64,000 bases of DNA from an uncultured Chloroflexia bacterium (GCA_963809375.1 CAWEJO010000011.1:5028-69027), one strand, 5' to 3'. Shown: positions 42,244 to 53,139, counted from the stretch's first letter. Translations and numbers: made by a program. The notes: generated from the sequence alone by a model not told the origin.

Positions 42244-43262
42244 TGTCCGCGGGGCTCTTCGAGCTGCGCAAGGACGCGATCACCGGCTGGTGGGTCGCGA
42301 CCCTCGTCGACCGCGACTTCGCACCCGACCGGTTCGCGGTCACCGCCGAACCCGCCGAGGACGGCGGCACGTGCCAGAACTGCCAGGTCCCCGGCAGCGG
42401 CGTCCGGACCCGGATCCTGAAGGACTATGCGTTCCGCACCGTCGGCACCGAGGCGGATGCGCGCGAGATCGAGCGGAGCGTCGCGCAGATCGCCATGTCC
42501 CAGGCGCGGGCCGCGGGCAGCTGGCGCACGATCATCGCCCCGCCCGGAGAGCACCGCCCGCTCCATTCGGTCGGGACCGAGCTGATCGAGGCGCTGCTCG
42601 GCGCGGCCCGGGACGCCGTCGCCGATGCCCGCCAGGTCGGCCAGACCGCGTACCTCCAGGTGCTCCAGAACTGGGGCCGCCAGGCCGGCGCGCGGACGAA
42701 CCACCTCTGCCTGGACCTCTACGACCTGCCCCAGATCCCGCACGAGGTCGCCGAGGAGATCGGCGGCGCCGCACGCTTCATGATCCGCGAGAGCGAGTGC
42801 CCGTACTGCCGGGCAGTTCGGGTCGAGCGCGAGCGTTCGACGCGCTTCCTGTGGGAGGACCCGCGCACGGTCGCCTTCACGCCGTACGCCTCGCGCTCGC
42901 CGTTCGAGTCCTGGATCGTCCCGCGGACCCACGAGGCGGACTTCGGGCGCTCGACGGCCGAGGACCTCCGCTCGGTCGCCGAGGCGCTCCGCCAGGTGCT
43001 CGGGCGGCTCGCGGCGCTCGACGGCCCGCCCTACAACCTCGTCCTGCACACCGCGCCGGTGGCGGCCGAGGTGGACGCGACCTACCACTGGCACTGGGAG
43101 ATCCACCCGCGACTCCGGGAGATCGCCGGGCTCGAGCTCGGCACCGGCCTGCCGGTGAACTCGGTCAGCCCCGAGGAGGCCGCCGACCATCTCCGGCGGA
43201 TCGGCGCGATCGAGGCAACGTCGGATGCGTGGCCGGGGGACCGGGCCGGAGGCCGCCGATGA
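42243..43262 (+). CDS. GalT-like (galactose-1-phosphate uridylyltransferase fold, HIT superfamily) protein
   Basis: Intact 339-aa ORF. It has a CxxC (GGTCQNCQ), a middle segment NWGRQAGARTNHLCLDLY, and a second-half motif YHWHWEIHPRLREIAGLELG. Its start overlaps the lipB stop (TGATG). Confidence 0.75.
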   Translation: MSAGLFELRKDAITGWWVATLVDRDFAPDRFAVTAEPAEDGGTCQNCQVPGSGVRTRILKDYAFRTVGTEADAREIERSVAQIAMSQARAAGSWRTIIAPPGEHRPLHSVGTELIEALLGAARDAVADARQVGQTAYLQVLQNWGRQAGARTNHLCLDLYDLPQIPHEVAEEIGGAARFMIRESECPYCRAVRVERERSTRFLWEDPRTVAFTPYASRSPFESWIVPRTHEADFGRSTAEDLRSVAEALRQVLGRLAALDGPPYNLVLHTAPVAAEVDATYHWHWEIHPRLREIAGLELGTGLPVNSVSPEEAADHLRRIGAIEATSDAWPGDRAGGRR

Positions 43263-43440
43263 CGGGGCCGCGCCGCGATTTCAGGTCGCCTGACCGCGAT
43301 CGTCGCGCGATCGGGCCGGCCCGGCGTCACACGGTCACGGACCGCCTCGTCCATCAAGCACGGTGCGGAACGGACCCGTGCCATCATCCCGCGGAGGCAC
43401 GCTCGTGTTCGAGCTGGCGCAGGGATGGGGGGCCCGGCCG

Positions 43441-44145
43441 ATGACGTCGCCCGGCGCGCACTCGACTGGTGACGGGCTGCCCGAGCCGCGGCCGGCCGAG
43501 GAGCCCGACCAGCCGATCGAGGCGACCGACGACCCGCTCGCCGCCCCGCTGGAGCACGCGGCGGTCGCCACGCTGGACCCGATCGCCGCCCGGACCCTCA
43601 TCGAGACCCTCTTCGCCCGCCACCACACGGAGATCTACGCATACCTCGTGCGGATGGTCCGGGACCAGGAGCTCGCGGCCGATCTCGCCCAGGACGCCTT
43701 CGTGCGGGCCTACCGGGCGCTCGGCTCGCTCGAGGACCACGCCAAGGCCCGGGCCTGGCTGTACCAGATCGCCAACCGGGTCGCCCTCGACGAGCTTCGC
43801 CGTCGGCGCATCGTCAGGTTCATCCCGTGGACAGGCGAGTCGCGCGGCGCCTCGCCGTCGGCCGAGCGGCTGGCGATGGACGTCCGCCTGTCGGGCGACC
43901 TCGAGCGGGCGCTCGGCCGGATCCCCGAGCGGCAGCGGGCCGCCCTCTTGCTCGCCGAGGTCCAGGACCTCACCGGCCTCGAGCTGGCGGCGGCGCTGGG
44001 GACGTCGCACGTGGCCGCTCGCGCCCTGCTCACGCGTGCTCGCGACAGCCTCCGGCGGGCGCTGGCGGAGGAGCAGGCGGCATCGTTCGCGCGCGAGGCG
44101 GAGATGAACCGGCGCGCCGGCGAGCATCACGGGCGGACGAGGTGA
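43441..44145 (+). CDS. ECF (group IV) sigma-70 factor
   Basis: Region 2 (ELAADLAQDAFVRAYRAL...WLYQIANRVALDELRRR) and region 4 (RQRAALLLAEVQDLTGLELAAALGTSHVAARALLTRAR) are both present. ATG 43441 is in frame within ORF 43363..44145. Confidence 0.85.
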   Translation: MTSPGAHSTGDGLPEPRPAEEPDQPIEATDDPLAAPLEHAAVATLDPIAARTLIETLFARHHTEIYAYLVRMVRDQELAADLAQDAFVRAYRALGSLEDHAKARAWLYQIANRVALDELRRRRIVRFIPWTGESRGASPSAERLAMDVRLSGDLERALGRIPERQRAALLLAEVQDLTGLELAAALGTSHVAARALLTRARDSLRRALAEEQAASFAREAEMNRRAGEHHGRTR

Positions 44146-46274
44146 GCGGACTCCGGCGCGCGGTGCGCCATCCCGATCGCGGGCGGGACCCGCACGTCCA
44201 CGCCCGAACCCTCGCGTCGGATCGCCTCCTCGAGCCGCTCCTGCCCGATGAGCTGGTGTGGCTCGATGCGCACCTCGGCCGATGTGCCACGTGCCGCGAG
44301 TTCGCGGCTGGCATCGCCGCGGATCAGGCCCTCCTCGCGACCCTCCGCGACGCCCCCGCGACGCCGCCGCGCGATCTCGGGGCCCGCCTGGCCGGGGCGC
44401 TCGACGCCGAGGTCCGCGAGGCCATCCGCGCCGGGCGCCGGGTGCCCGACCACCGCCCCGCTGCGTCCCGTCCGATCTCCGTGCGGCATGACCCTTCGGG
44501 CATCCGTGGCCGGAACGTCCCACCGCCCGCGGTCGAATTCGACCTCGTCGCCGGGCCCCCGGCGCGCCGGGCCAGGACCCGGAGCGCGCCCCGAACGTCG
44601 CTGGCGTTCACCGGGCTGGCCGCAGCGGCGATCCTGGCGATCCTCGCGCTGCCGATCCTCACCGCGCCGGACGGCCGGTTCGCGCTCGGCCCGGGCCCCT
44701 CGCCGACGGCGAACGTCGCCGCGAATCCTGGGCCCACGCCGATGCGGGTCGCCGCCGGCCCGATCGCCTGGGTCCAGCGCGGCAGCGACGGACGCTACGT
44801 CCTCAACTCGGCGCCCGTCGACGAGGTCTGCCCGGGTGTCGACGCGTCGGCGTGCGGAACCCTCGACGGGACCGCCCATGCGGTCGTCTCGCTCGACGTG
44901 GTGCCCTCGTCGGTCGTCCTCGGCAAGCGCGGCGACGTTGCCGTCGTCGTCGGCGGCGACGCGGTCTACGCGGTCAACATGCCGGCGGTGGCGCGACCGA
45001 CGCCGGAGCCAACCACCTCCACTTCTCCATCGCCTGCTGCCACGCCGGCGCGGACGGGAGCGTCGACGACTCCTCCAGTCGACACTCCCGTCCCGTCCGG
45101 TTCGCCCGCCGTGACGCCGGGCTCGTCGGCCTCGGCGCCTGCCACGCCCACGGTCTCGGTCGCATCGACGACGCAGCCTGAGCCGACGCCCACGGCCAGC
45201 GCCGCGGCGGGCGGGTCGGCCCCGCCGTCCGGGGCGCCGAGCGCCACGCCGGGCGCGACACCGGCGGAGGCCACGCCCGGGGCGACGGACAGCGGCCTGC
45301 CGTCCGAGACCCCCGCGGCCCCATCGTCGACGCCGGTTGCCGGTTCCTCGGCGACGCCGCCGGCCAGCGCCGCCCCGACACCGTCCCCGGTGCCGACCCC
45401 CGATGTGACGATCCCGCCAGCGACGCCAGCCCCGACGGCGGCGCAGACCCTCGCGATCGCCTCGGGCGTCGTCGTCGTCGGCGCGGCAGCGTCGTATTCG
45501 ACGGACGGGCACTGGGTAGCGTTCTCGGCCCGCCCAAGCGACGGATCCAGCGGCCCCGATGTCTACGCGTGGCGCGTCGGATCGGCGCGGGCGACGCCGA
45601 TCACCCACGACGGCGTGTCGCAGTTCTCGGGCTGGTATGGCGGTCGGATCCTCTTGAGCAGGACCGTCGTCGACGACGTGCCGGCGACGAGGGATGCCAG
45701 CCCGGACGCCGTCGTCGCGCGCGCCTACCTGGCCGACCCGGCCACGGGGGACGCGCAGGCCATCGCCGGCGTCGCGTGGCGGCCCGTCGTCGATCCCACC
45801 CAGCGGCGGGTCGCGTTCTGGCGCGGCTTGTTCGCCTGGAGCGAAGACGATCACACGTGGATGCCGTCCCAGGGCCGCCTGGTGATCGGCGACTGGGAGG
45901 AGCTCCAGGACGGTTCGGGCGGATCGGTCGACAAGGTGCCGTGGTCGGCGAGCATCGCCGACGGAGCCGCCTGGGACGTCGACTGGGACCCGTCAGGACG
46001 GCGGCTCGCCGTCTGGATCGCCGAGGGCGCGGGTGACCTGGCCGGTCGCCTCACCCTGTTCACCGTGCAATCCGACGGCTCCCTCGGGAGCGCCGTGGTC
46101 AAGGAGGCTCCGGCCCTCGGCGCCTTCTCGCTCGACGCCGATCGCCTCGCGTGGGCGACGCCACCGGGCCAGGACGGGGCGGGCAGCTCGATCTCGGTGT
46201 TCGCCTGGAACGAGAACGGCGCCGGCCACCTCGTGAGCAACCCCGCGGGCGGCTCGATCCTCGTCGCGCCCTGA
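44142..46274 (+). CDS. Anti-sigma factor (zf-HC2) with a TM helix, a long P/T/S/A linker and a C-terminal extracytoplasmic domain
   Basis: The GTG overlaps the sigma stop (GTGA). HLGRCATCREF is a zf-HC2 motif and LAFTGLAAAAILAILALPIL is a TM helix. An approximately 150-aa PT-rich linker follows, then a Trp-rich, beta-propeller-like tail (DGHWVAFSARPSDGSSGPDVYAW...). Confidence 0.75.
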   Translation: MSGLRRAVRHPDRGRDPHVHARTLASDRLLEPLLPDELVWLDAHLGRCATCREFAAGIAADQALLATLRDAPATPPRDLGARLAGALDAEVREAIRAGRRVPDHRPAASRPISVRHDPSGIRGRNVPPPAVEFDLVAGPPARRARTRSAPRTSLAFTGLAAAAILAILALPILTAPDGRFALGPGPSPTANVAANPGPTPMRVAAGPIAWVQRGSDGRYVLNSAPVDEVCPGVDASACGTLDGTAHAVVSLDVVPSSVVLGKRGDVAVVVGGDAVYAVNMPAVARPTPEPTTSTSPSPAATPARTGASTTPPVDTPVPSGSPAVTPGSSASAPATPTVSVASTTQPEPTPTASAAAGGSAPPSGAPSATPGATPAEATPGATDSGLPSETPAAPSSTPVAGSSATPPASAAPTPSPVPTPDVTIPPATPAPTAAQTLAIASGVVVVGAAASYSTDGHWVAFSARPSDGSSGPDVYAWRVGSARATPITHDGVSQFSGWYGGRILLSRTVVDDVPATRDASPDAVVARAYLADPATGDAQAIAGVAWRPVVDPTQRRVAFWRGLFAWSEDDHTWMPSQGRLVIGDWEELQDGSGGSVDKVPWSASIADGAAWDVDWDPSGRRLAVWIAEGAGDLAGRLTLFTVQSDGSLGSAVVKEAPALGAFSLDADRLAWATPPGQDGAGSSISVFAWNENGAGHLVSNPAGGSILVAP

Positions 46275-46331
46275 GCCACGCGGCCCCGGCGCATGGCGCG
46301 GGGTCCAGGCGAGGTCGCACGCCGGCCCTGA

Positions 46332-47129
<798 letters not shown>

Positions 47130-47139
47130 GGGAGATCCG

Positions 47140-48204
47140 GTGAACGCCACGCCCGTTCCTGCCGCCATGCCCGCCCACGAGGCCGGCGCGATCCCCGCCG
47201 TGCCCGCCCCGGCGGGCACCTGGCATCACCGCCACCTGCTCGACGTCGACGTCCTCACCGCGGCCGACATCGACCTGGTGATGCGGACGACGGATTCGAT
47301 GAAGGAGGTCCTCGCCCGCCCGATCACCAAGGTCCCGGCTCTCCGCGGGCGCAACGTCACGATCATCTTCTGGGAGGCGTCGACCCGGACCCGCGTCTCG
47401 TTCGAGGTTGCCGCCAAGAACCTCTCGGCCGACGTCGTCAACATCGCCGCGAGCGCCTCGTCGGTCACCAAGGGCGAGTCGCTCGTCGACACGATCCGCA
47501 CGATCGAGGCGCTCGGCGCGCACATGATCGTGATGCGCCACGGGACGTCGGGCGCGCCCTACCTCGCCGCGGAGGTCTTCTCCGGGGGCGTCCTCAACGG
47601 CGGCGACGGGTGGCACGCGCATCCGAGCCAGGCGCTCCTCGACCTCTACACGATGCGGGCCCACCTGGGCGATCTGCATGGCAGGAAGGTCGTGATCCTG
47701 GGTGACGTCCTCCACTCGCGGGTGGCGCGCAGCAACATCTGGAGCCTCACCGCCGCCGGGGCCGACCTCTGGATCTGCGGCCCGACGACCATCCTGCGCG
47801 GCTTCGACGCCTGGGCCGGCCGCTGGGCCGGGGGCCACGGGCCGGCCGGACACGCCGGGTTCAGCGTGACGAGCGACATCGACGCGGCCCTGCGCGACGC
47901 GGACGTGGTGATGGCGCTCCGCCTCCAGCGCGAGCGGATGGATGCCGGCCTGCTGCCGTCGCTCCGCGAGTACGCGGCACGCTTCGGGCTCACCCGCGAT
48001 CGCCTGCGGGCTGCCCGCCCGGACGCCCTGGTGATGCACCCGGGTCCGATGAACGAGGGCGTCGAGATCGCGGCCGACGTCGCGGTCCTCGATCGCAGCG
48101 TGATCACCGAGCAGGTCGCCAACGGCGTCGCCGTGCGGATGGCCCTGCTCTACCTGCTCGCCGGCGTGCACGGCGGGCACGCGGAGGCAACCTTCGGTGG
48201 CTGA
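47140..48204 (+). CDS. pyrB: Aspartate carbamoyltransferase catalytic subunit
   Basis: FWEASTRTRVSFEVAA, HAHPSQALLDLYT, HPGPMNEGVEI. The GTG start is preceded by GAGGGAG. Confidence 0.9.
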   Translation: MNATPVPAAMPAHEAGAIPAVPAPAGTWHHRHLLDVDVLTAADIDLVMRTTDSMKEVLARPITKVPALRGRNVTIIFWEASTRTRVSFEVAAKNLSADVVNIAASASSVTKGESLVDTIRTIEALGAHMIVMRHGTSGAPYLAAEVFSGGVLNGGDGWHAHPSQALLDLYTMRAHLGDLHGRKVVILGDVLHSRVARSNIWSLTAAGADLWICGPTTILRGFDAWAGRWAGGHGPAGHAGFSVTSDIDAALRDADVVMALRLQRERMDAGLLPSLREYAARFGLTRDRLRAARPDALVMHPGPMNEGVEIAADVAVLDRSVITEQVANGVAVRMALLYLLAGVHGGHAEATFGG

Positions 48205-49609
48205 CACGGTCGAGCTGCTCGAGATCCGGCGCGCCTGGCTGGTGGACCCGGTCGCCCCGCGCGAGGGCCCGGGCGAGGTCGTCGTGCGGGACGGCATGCT
48301 GGAGTCCGTGACCTGGCTGACGGGCGCGGACGCCGACGGGATCGGGCCCGACGGCGTCGTCGTCGCGCCCGGGTTCCTGGACCTGCACGCGCACGTGCGC
48401 GAACCCGGCAACGAGGACGCCGAGACGGTCGCCACCGGCCTCGCCGCGGCCGCGCACGGCGGCTTCACCACGGTCTGCGCGATGGCGAACACGACGCCGG
48501 CGGCCGACGATCCTGCCGTGCTGGCGCGCGTCGCCGTGGCCGTCGCGACGTGCGGGTCGCCGGTCGAGCTCCTGCCCTACGGAGCGGTCACGGTCGGACG
48601 GGCAGGGGAGCGGCTGGCGGCGCTGGGCGAGCTCGCCGAGGCAGGCGCGATCGGCTTCTCCGACGACGGGGCGCCGGTGAAGAGCGCGGTCCTGATGCGG
48701 AACGCCCTGCTGTACCTCGGCATGCTCGGGCGGCCGCTCGTCGAGCACGCCGAAGACCCGTCGCTGACGGCCGGCGCCGAGGCCACCGATGGCGTGGTGG
48801 CGAGCATCCTCGGCCTCAAGGGCTGGCCGGCCGCGGCGGAGACGGGCGCTGCAGAGCGGGCGATCGCGCTCCTCGTCGACACGCTGCCCGACGCGCCGGG
48901 CGCCCGCCTCCACCTGACCCACCTCTCGACAGCCGGGGCGCTGGACGCCGTCCGCCGCGGCCAAGGCCGCCGGGCTGCCGGTGACCTGTGACGTCACGCC
49001 CCATCATCTCGGCTTCACCGACGAGTGGCTGGCGGGCGCGCGGCGGTGGGCCTGGGAGGCCCTCGACGAGGATGGCGTCGCGCGCGACCCGTGGGCCGAC
49101 GGCGCGCTCGTGGCCCACCCCTTCTCGACCGCCTGCCGGGTGAACCCGCCGCTTCGCGGGGCGGTGGACGCGGCGGCGTGCATCGCCGCGCTCGTCGACG
49201 GGACCGCTGACGCGGTCGCGACCGACCATGCGCCGCACACCCAGGTGGACAAGGAGACCGAGTTCGGCCTCGCCGCCAACGGGATCAGCGGCATCGAGAC
49301 TGCGCTCGGCGTGCTGCTCGCAGCCGTGGCGGCGGGCAGGCTTCCGCTCGCGCGGGCCGTCGCGGCGCTCACCACGGGTCCCGCGGCGGTCCTCGGGGGA
49401 CGGCGGGCCGGCGGGGCGAGGGTCGCGGCCTCGTCGCCGGCGCCCCAGCCGACCTCGTGGTGTTCGATGTCGGGGCGTCGTGGGAGGTCTCGCCCGCTTC
49501 GCTCGCGTCGAAGGGCGCGAACACGCCGCTGCTGGGCCGGGCGCTGCCCGGGCGGGTGCTCCTGACCATCGCGAACGGCCGCTTCGCCTACCGGGACGCG
49601 GAGGCGTAG
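48197..49609 (+). pseudogene. pyrC: Dihydroorotase, two frame breaks (about 48960 and 49410)
   Basis: PGFLDLHAHVREPG...GFTTVCAMANT is in ORF 48197. VTCDVTPHHL...DAVATDHAPH is in ORF 48981. The tail LVAGAPADLVVFD...LLTIANGRFAYRD is in the third frame and stops at about 49607-49609. Confidence 0.85.
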
Positions 49610-49734
49610 CGACGGGCGAGGCTTCGACGGGCGGCGCCGCGACCGGCGATCCTGGGGCAGTCGATCGCGGGGCCCAGGACGTCGCGACCCGCGACCCGGG
49701 GGCCGGTGATCGCTCGGCGCATGGCGCCCCGGCC

Positions 49735-50640
49735 GTGGACACCGCGGCCGGCGGTCCGATCCTCGTCGGGGTCGATGCCGGCGCCTCCAAGTCGGTGGCC
49801 CTCGCGATCCGGCCCGACGGGTCGCCGGTCGGTCGCGCGGTCGGCGCGGGCGCCAACCCCAAGCGCCACGGGCTCGAGGTGGCCGCCGCCCGAATCGCGA
49901 CGCTCGTCGAGCGCGCCGCGGGCGCCCGCCCGCCCACCCTCGTCCTCGTCGCCGGCGCGGGTATCGACCGGCCCGTCCACGCGAGGGCGCTCGAGGCGGC
50001 GCTGGCCGCCCGACTGGCGGGTACCCGGATCGGCGTGGTGAACGACACGCTCGCGGTGCTCCGCGGCGCGGCGCCGGGCGCGGTCGGCCTGGCCGTGCCC
50101 GTCTCGAGTGGCGGCAACGTGATCGGGCGGGGGCCCGACGGGCGGGTCACGGACCGTGGGCACGGGATCTTCGGCGGTGGCTACGTCCTCGGCGCGCTGG
50201 CCGCGCGGGCCGCCCGGCGCGTCGACCCGGGGGTCGGCCGGGACCTCGCCCGATCGATCGAGGCAGCCGACCTGTCGTGGAGCGGCCGTCGCCCCGGCCC
50301 CGAGGCCGTTCACCTCGCGGCCCGGGTGATCGACGCCGCGCGCGCCGGCGACCGCCTCCCCGCCCGGATGGTCGACCGCTGGTGCGCCCGCGTCAGCGGC
50401 GCTGTCGCCGGGGAGGTCGAGCGGCTGGGCCTGGGCCTGGCACCCGTCGTGGTCGTCTACGGCGGGCTCGCCGAGGCCTCGCCCTGGCTCGCGGACCGCA
50501 TCCGCGCCGCTGTGCTCGCCGGCGCCCCCGGGGCGCGGCTTGTCCGTCCGACCGCGGAACCTGTCGACGGCGCCGCGCTGCTGGCGCGCGACGCATGGTC
50601 GGGCACGCCGATCGTCTGGGACTTCACGCCCCGCCGCTGA
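49735..50640 (+). CDS. BadF/BadG/BcrA/BcrD-type ATPase (N-acetylglucosamine-kinase-like)
   Basis: From GTG 49735 within ORF 49228..50640: ILVGVDAGASKSVALA (phosphate-1 motif), VVNDTLAVLRG, VVVYGGL. The upstream part of the ORF overlaps the pyrC tail and is junk. Confidence 0.65.
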   Translation: MDTAAGGPILVGVDAGASKSVALAIRPDGSPVGRAVGAGANPKRHGLEVAAARIATLVERAAGARPPTLVLVAGAGIDRPVHARALEAALAARLAGTRIGVVNDTLAVLRGAAPGAVGLAVPVSSGGNVIGRGPDGRVTDRGHGIFGGGYVLGALAARAARRVDPGVGRDLARSIEAADLSWSGRRPGPEAVHLAARVIDAARAGDRLPARMVDRWCARVSGAVAGEVERLGLGLAPVVVVYGGLAEASPWLADRIRAAVLAGAPGARLVRPTAEPVDGAALLARDAWSGTPIVWDFTPRR

Positions 50641-50701
50641 GGACCGGCCGGGCAATGCAGGTTCGCCGCGCCGGGACTGGAGCTGGTCCGTCGCGCCGCG
50701 T

Positions 50702-52618
50702 CTACGGACCCGGCGAGGGGCTGGCGATCGGCGACGGAGCCACGCAGACGCTCTGCGTGGTCAGCACCGTGCCGTCGACCCGGAGCACCTCGACATCGCC
50801 GCACGGCCCGCGGACCGTCACCCCGGCGATCGCGACGTGGCCGCGCTGCCATTCGTCGGCCGCGGCCGCCGCGGCGCGCTCGTAGCACGCCGCGCCCAAC
50901 ATGCCGCCGGCGCAGGTCACAGGGTAGCCTCCGACCACGGTGAGCTGGTATGCGCCGAGAGACGGAATCGGGGTGGCGACCAGCGCGCCCGATCCTGGGC
51001 TGGAGACCCGCCAGGAGCGCACTCCGGCGGGGTCGCCCTCCCAGCCCGCCGGCTCCAGGACGACGACGTCCATCCCGCCGGGGATGAGCCGGCAGCGCAT
51101 CCACGGCGCGCACGCGGGCACGAACGCGATCCGCGCCGCGGCCGCGTACGCGTCGGGGTCGGCCCGGGCGACCGCAGCGGCGGCCGCCAGGCAGGCCGAC
51201 GACCGGCACGTGAGGCGGGCATCGGGCGCCGGTGATGCGGGCGGCGCGAGGCACGATGGGTTGACGCTCACGGCCGTCCCGTCGGTCCGCAGGACGTCGT
51301 AGCCGCCGCATTTCCCGTGGACCGCAATCGAGGCGATCGGCACGCCGCTCTGGCGCAGGGCGGCGGTTGCGGCGCCGACCGCGATGCGGTAGCAGTCCGG
51401 GGCGTACATCCCGACGGACGCGGCGGGGCACTGGACCGTGTAGCCGCCGGCCCGGGCGAGGCTCCAGTCGTCGAGGGACGTGTGCGCCTGCGTGACAGCC
51501 GCTCCTGCGCCGCTGCCGACGTCGTAGACGCCGACGTCTGCCGCGAGACCGCGCCAGCCCTGCGGCACGACGAGGACGCGGACCGCCGGCTGGAACGTGC
51601 AGAACACCCAGGGCGGGCAGCCGGTCGCGATGACGACCCGCTGCGCCGCCGCAAGCTTGTCCCGGACGGCGCGGAGGGCCGTGACGATCGCCGTGCAGTC
51701 CTTGATGGGGCAGTCGATCACGACGGGGCCGGCCGGCGCCGTGGCTGTGTCAATCCCGTCGACCCAGGCCACGCGCTCGACGACGAACGCCTGCCGGCAG
51801 GCCGCCCGGAGCGATGCGTCGCAGGAGGCGGCCGCCCCATCGTGGAAGTGACCGACGAGGACGACCGGGAGCGGCGCGGCCAGGAACGTCGCCAGCCGCG
51901 GGTCGAAGGTCCGCTCGACCGACAGGAACCGCGGGTTGAGCGAGGGGTTGTCCTTCGAGGGCCCGTGAAAGCCGTTCGGGACTCCGAGCTGCTCGCGGCG
52001 CTCCATCAGCGCGTCATACGCATCGGGGCACGATCCGACGAGCGGCGACGAGGGCCCCACCGGTGCCGGGCAGGGGAGCGGCGGCGCCTCGGCCAGCCAG
52101 CCGCGGACCGCCACCCTGACAGGCTCCGCGGCGCCGGCCGGGTCATCCCGGGCCGCGAGCGCCTCCGAGACCGCCAGCACGGGCAGGCCGTCGACGACGG
52201 ACGGGAAGGCCGGCTCGCCCGCCGGCGGCGCCGCCTGCGACGATGTCGGGGCCGTGGCGGCGGGCGGGAATGTTGGGCTCGCGGCAGGAGTGTGGGCAGG
52301 CGTCGCCGTGCCGGCCGTCGGCTCCGCGGCCGCGACCGTGGCCGCCGGCCGGCCGGTCGGTTCGAGCCCGGGCGACCGCCCGATCGACGCTCCGATGCCG
52401 ACCGCGATCGCGACCGCCGCGGCGATCCCCCCGAGGAGAAGGAGCCGATGCGGCGTCCTGGCCTGGCGCTCGGCGCCCACCGCCGCCATCGTCGCGCCCA
52501 CGAGGTCGGCCGGAACCTGCGCCTGGAGGCTCGGGGTCAGGGCCGCGCGCAGGCGCTCGGCGAGCGCGTCGTCGGCCGCGCCCGCGTCCTCGGGCAGCGC
52601 CCGCGGCCCGTCGCTCAT
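50702..52618 (-). CDS. Anti-sigma-like membrane protein with a duplicated Cys-rich extracytoplasmic module
   Basis: The ATG overlaps the sigma stop (ATGA). It has a short cytoplasmic N-terminus, a TM helix (LLLLGGIAAAVAIAVGIGASI) and a P/T/A linker. Two homologous approximately 170-aa modules follow, each with CPPW..C or CAPW..C, VVPQGW or LEPAGW, and a C-terminal GKCGGYDVLRTDGT or GPCGDVEVLRVDGT. Confidence 0.7.
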   Translation of the reverse strand: MSDGPRALPEDAGAADDALAERLRAALTPSLQAQVPADLVGATMAAVGAERQARTPHRLLLLGGIAAAVAIAVGIGASIGRSPGLEPTGRPAATVAAAEPTAGTATPAHTPAASPTFPPAATAPTSSQAAPPAGEPAFPSVVDGLPVLAVSEALAARDDPAGAAEPVRVAVRGWLAEAPPLPCPAPVGPSSPLVGSCPDAYDALMERREQLGVPNGFHGPSKDNPSLNPRFLSVERTFDPRLATFLAAPLPVVLVGHFHDGAAASCDASLRAACRQAFVVERVAWVDGIDTATAPAGPVVIDCPIKDCTAIVTALRAVRDKLAAAQRVVIATGCPPWVFCTFQPAVRVLVVPQGWRGLAADVGVYDVGSGAGAAVTQAHTSLDDWSLARAGGYTVQCPAASVGMYAPDCYRIAVGAATAALRQSGVPIASIAVHGKCGGYDVLRTDGTAVSVNPSCLAPPASPAPDARLTCRSSACLAAAAAVARADPDAYAAAARIAFVPACAPWMRCRLIPGGMDVVVLEPAGWEGDPAGVRSWRVSSPGSGALVATPIPSLGAYQLTVVGGYPVTCAGGMLGAACYERAAAAAADEWQRGHVAIAGVTVRGPCGDVEVLRVDGTVLTTQSVCVAPSPIASPSPGP

Positions 52619-53139
52619 CGCGGGTCCTCCTCGGCCAGCGCCCGCTCGAGGGCGGCGCGCGCCCCGAACAGGCGGGACTTCACGGTGCCCGGCGGCACGT
52701 CGAGCACGGCGGCGATCCGCGCGACGGGCAGCCCTTCGACGTGGTGGAGCACCAGGATCGAGCGCTGGTCGACTCCCAGGCGGCGGAACGCACGCCGGAC
52801 GGCATCCGCATCGGCGATCCCGCCGACCCGGTCGGGAGCGGGCGGATCGAACCGGGCCGGGACCTCGATCTCGCGCACCCTGCCGCGCCGGCGGAGCGCC
52901 ATGCGGCACGCGTTGAGGGCGATCCGGGCGAGCCACGCGTCGTAGCGTTCGGGCTCGCGGAGGCGCGGCAGCTCGCGCCAGGCGGCGACGAACGTCTCCT
53001 GGGCGGCGTCGCGGGCATCGGCCTCGGAGCCGAGGATCGCGAGCGCGCGCCGGTAGACGGTCGGCATCCCCTCGCGGACCAGCACTTCGAACGCCTCCGC
53101 GTCTCCCCGCCGGGCCCGTTCGATGAGACCGCGCTCCAC
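52615..53139 (-). CDS. ECF (group IV) sigma-70 factor
   Basis: 174 aa from GTG 53139: DAEAFEVLVREGMPTVYRRALAILG, ETFVAAWREL, RSILVLHHVEGLPVARIAAVLDVPPGTVKSRLFGAR. Confidence 0.85.
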   Translation of the reverse strand: MERGLIERARRGDAEAFEVLVREGMPTVYRRALAILGSEADARDAAQETFVAAWRELPRLREPERYDAWLARIALNACRMALRRRGRVREIEVPARFDPPAPDRVGGIADADAVRRAFRRLGVDQRSILVLHHVEGLPVARIAAVLDVPPGTVKSRLFGARAALERALAEEDPR

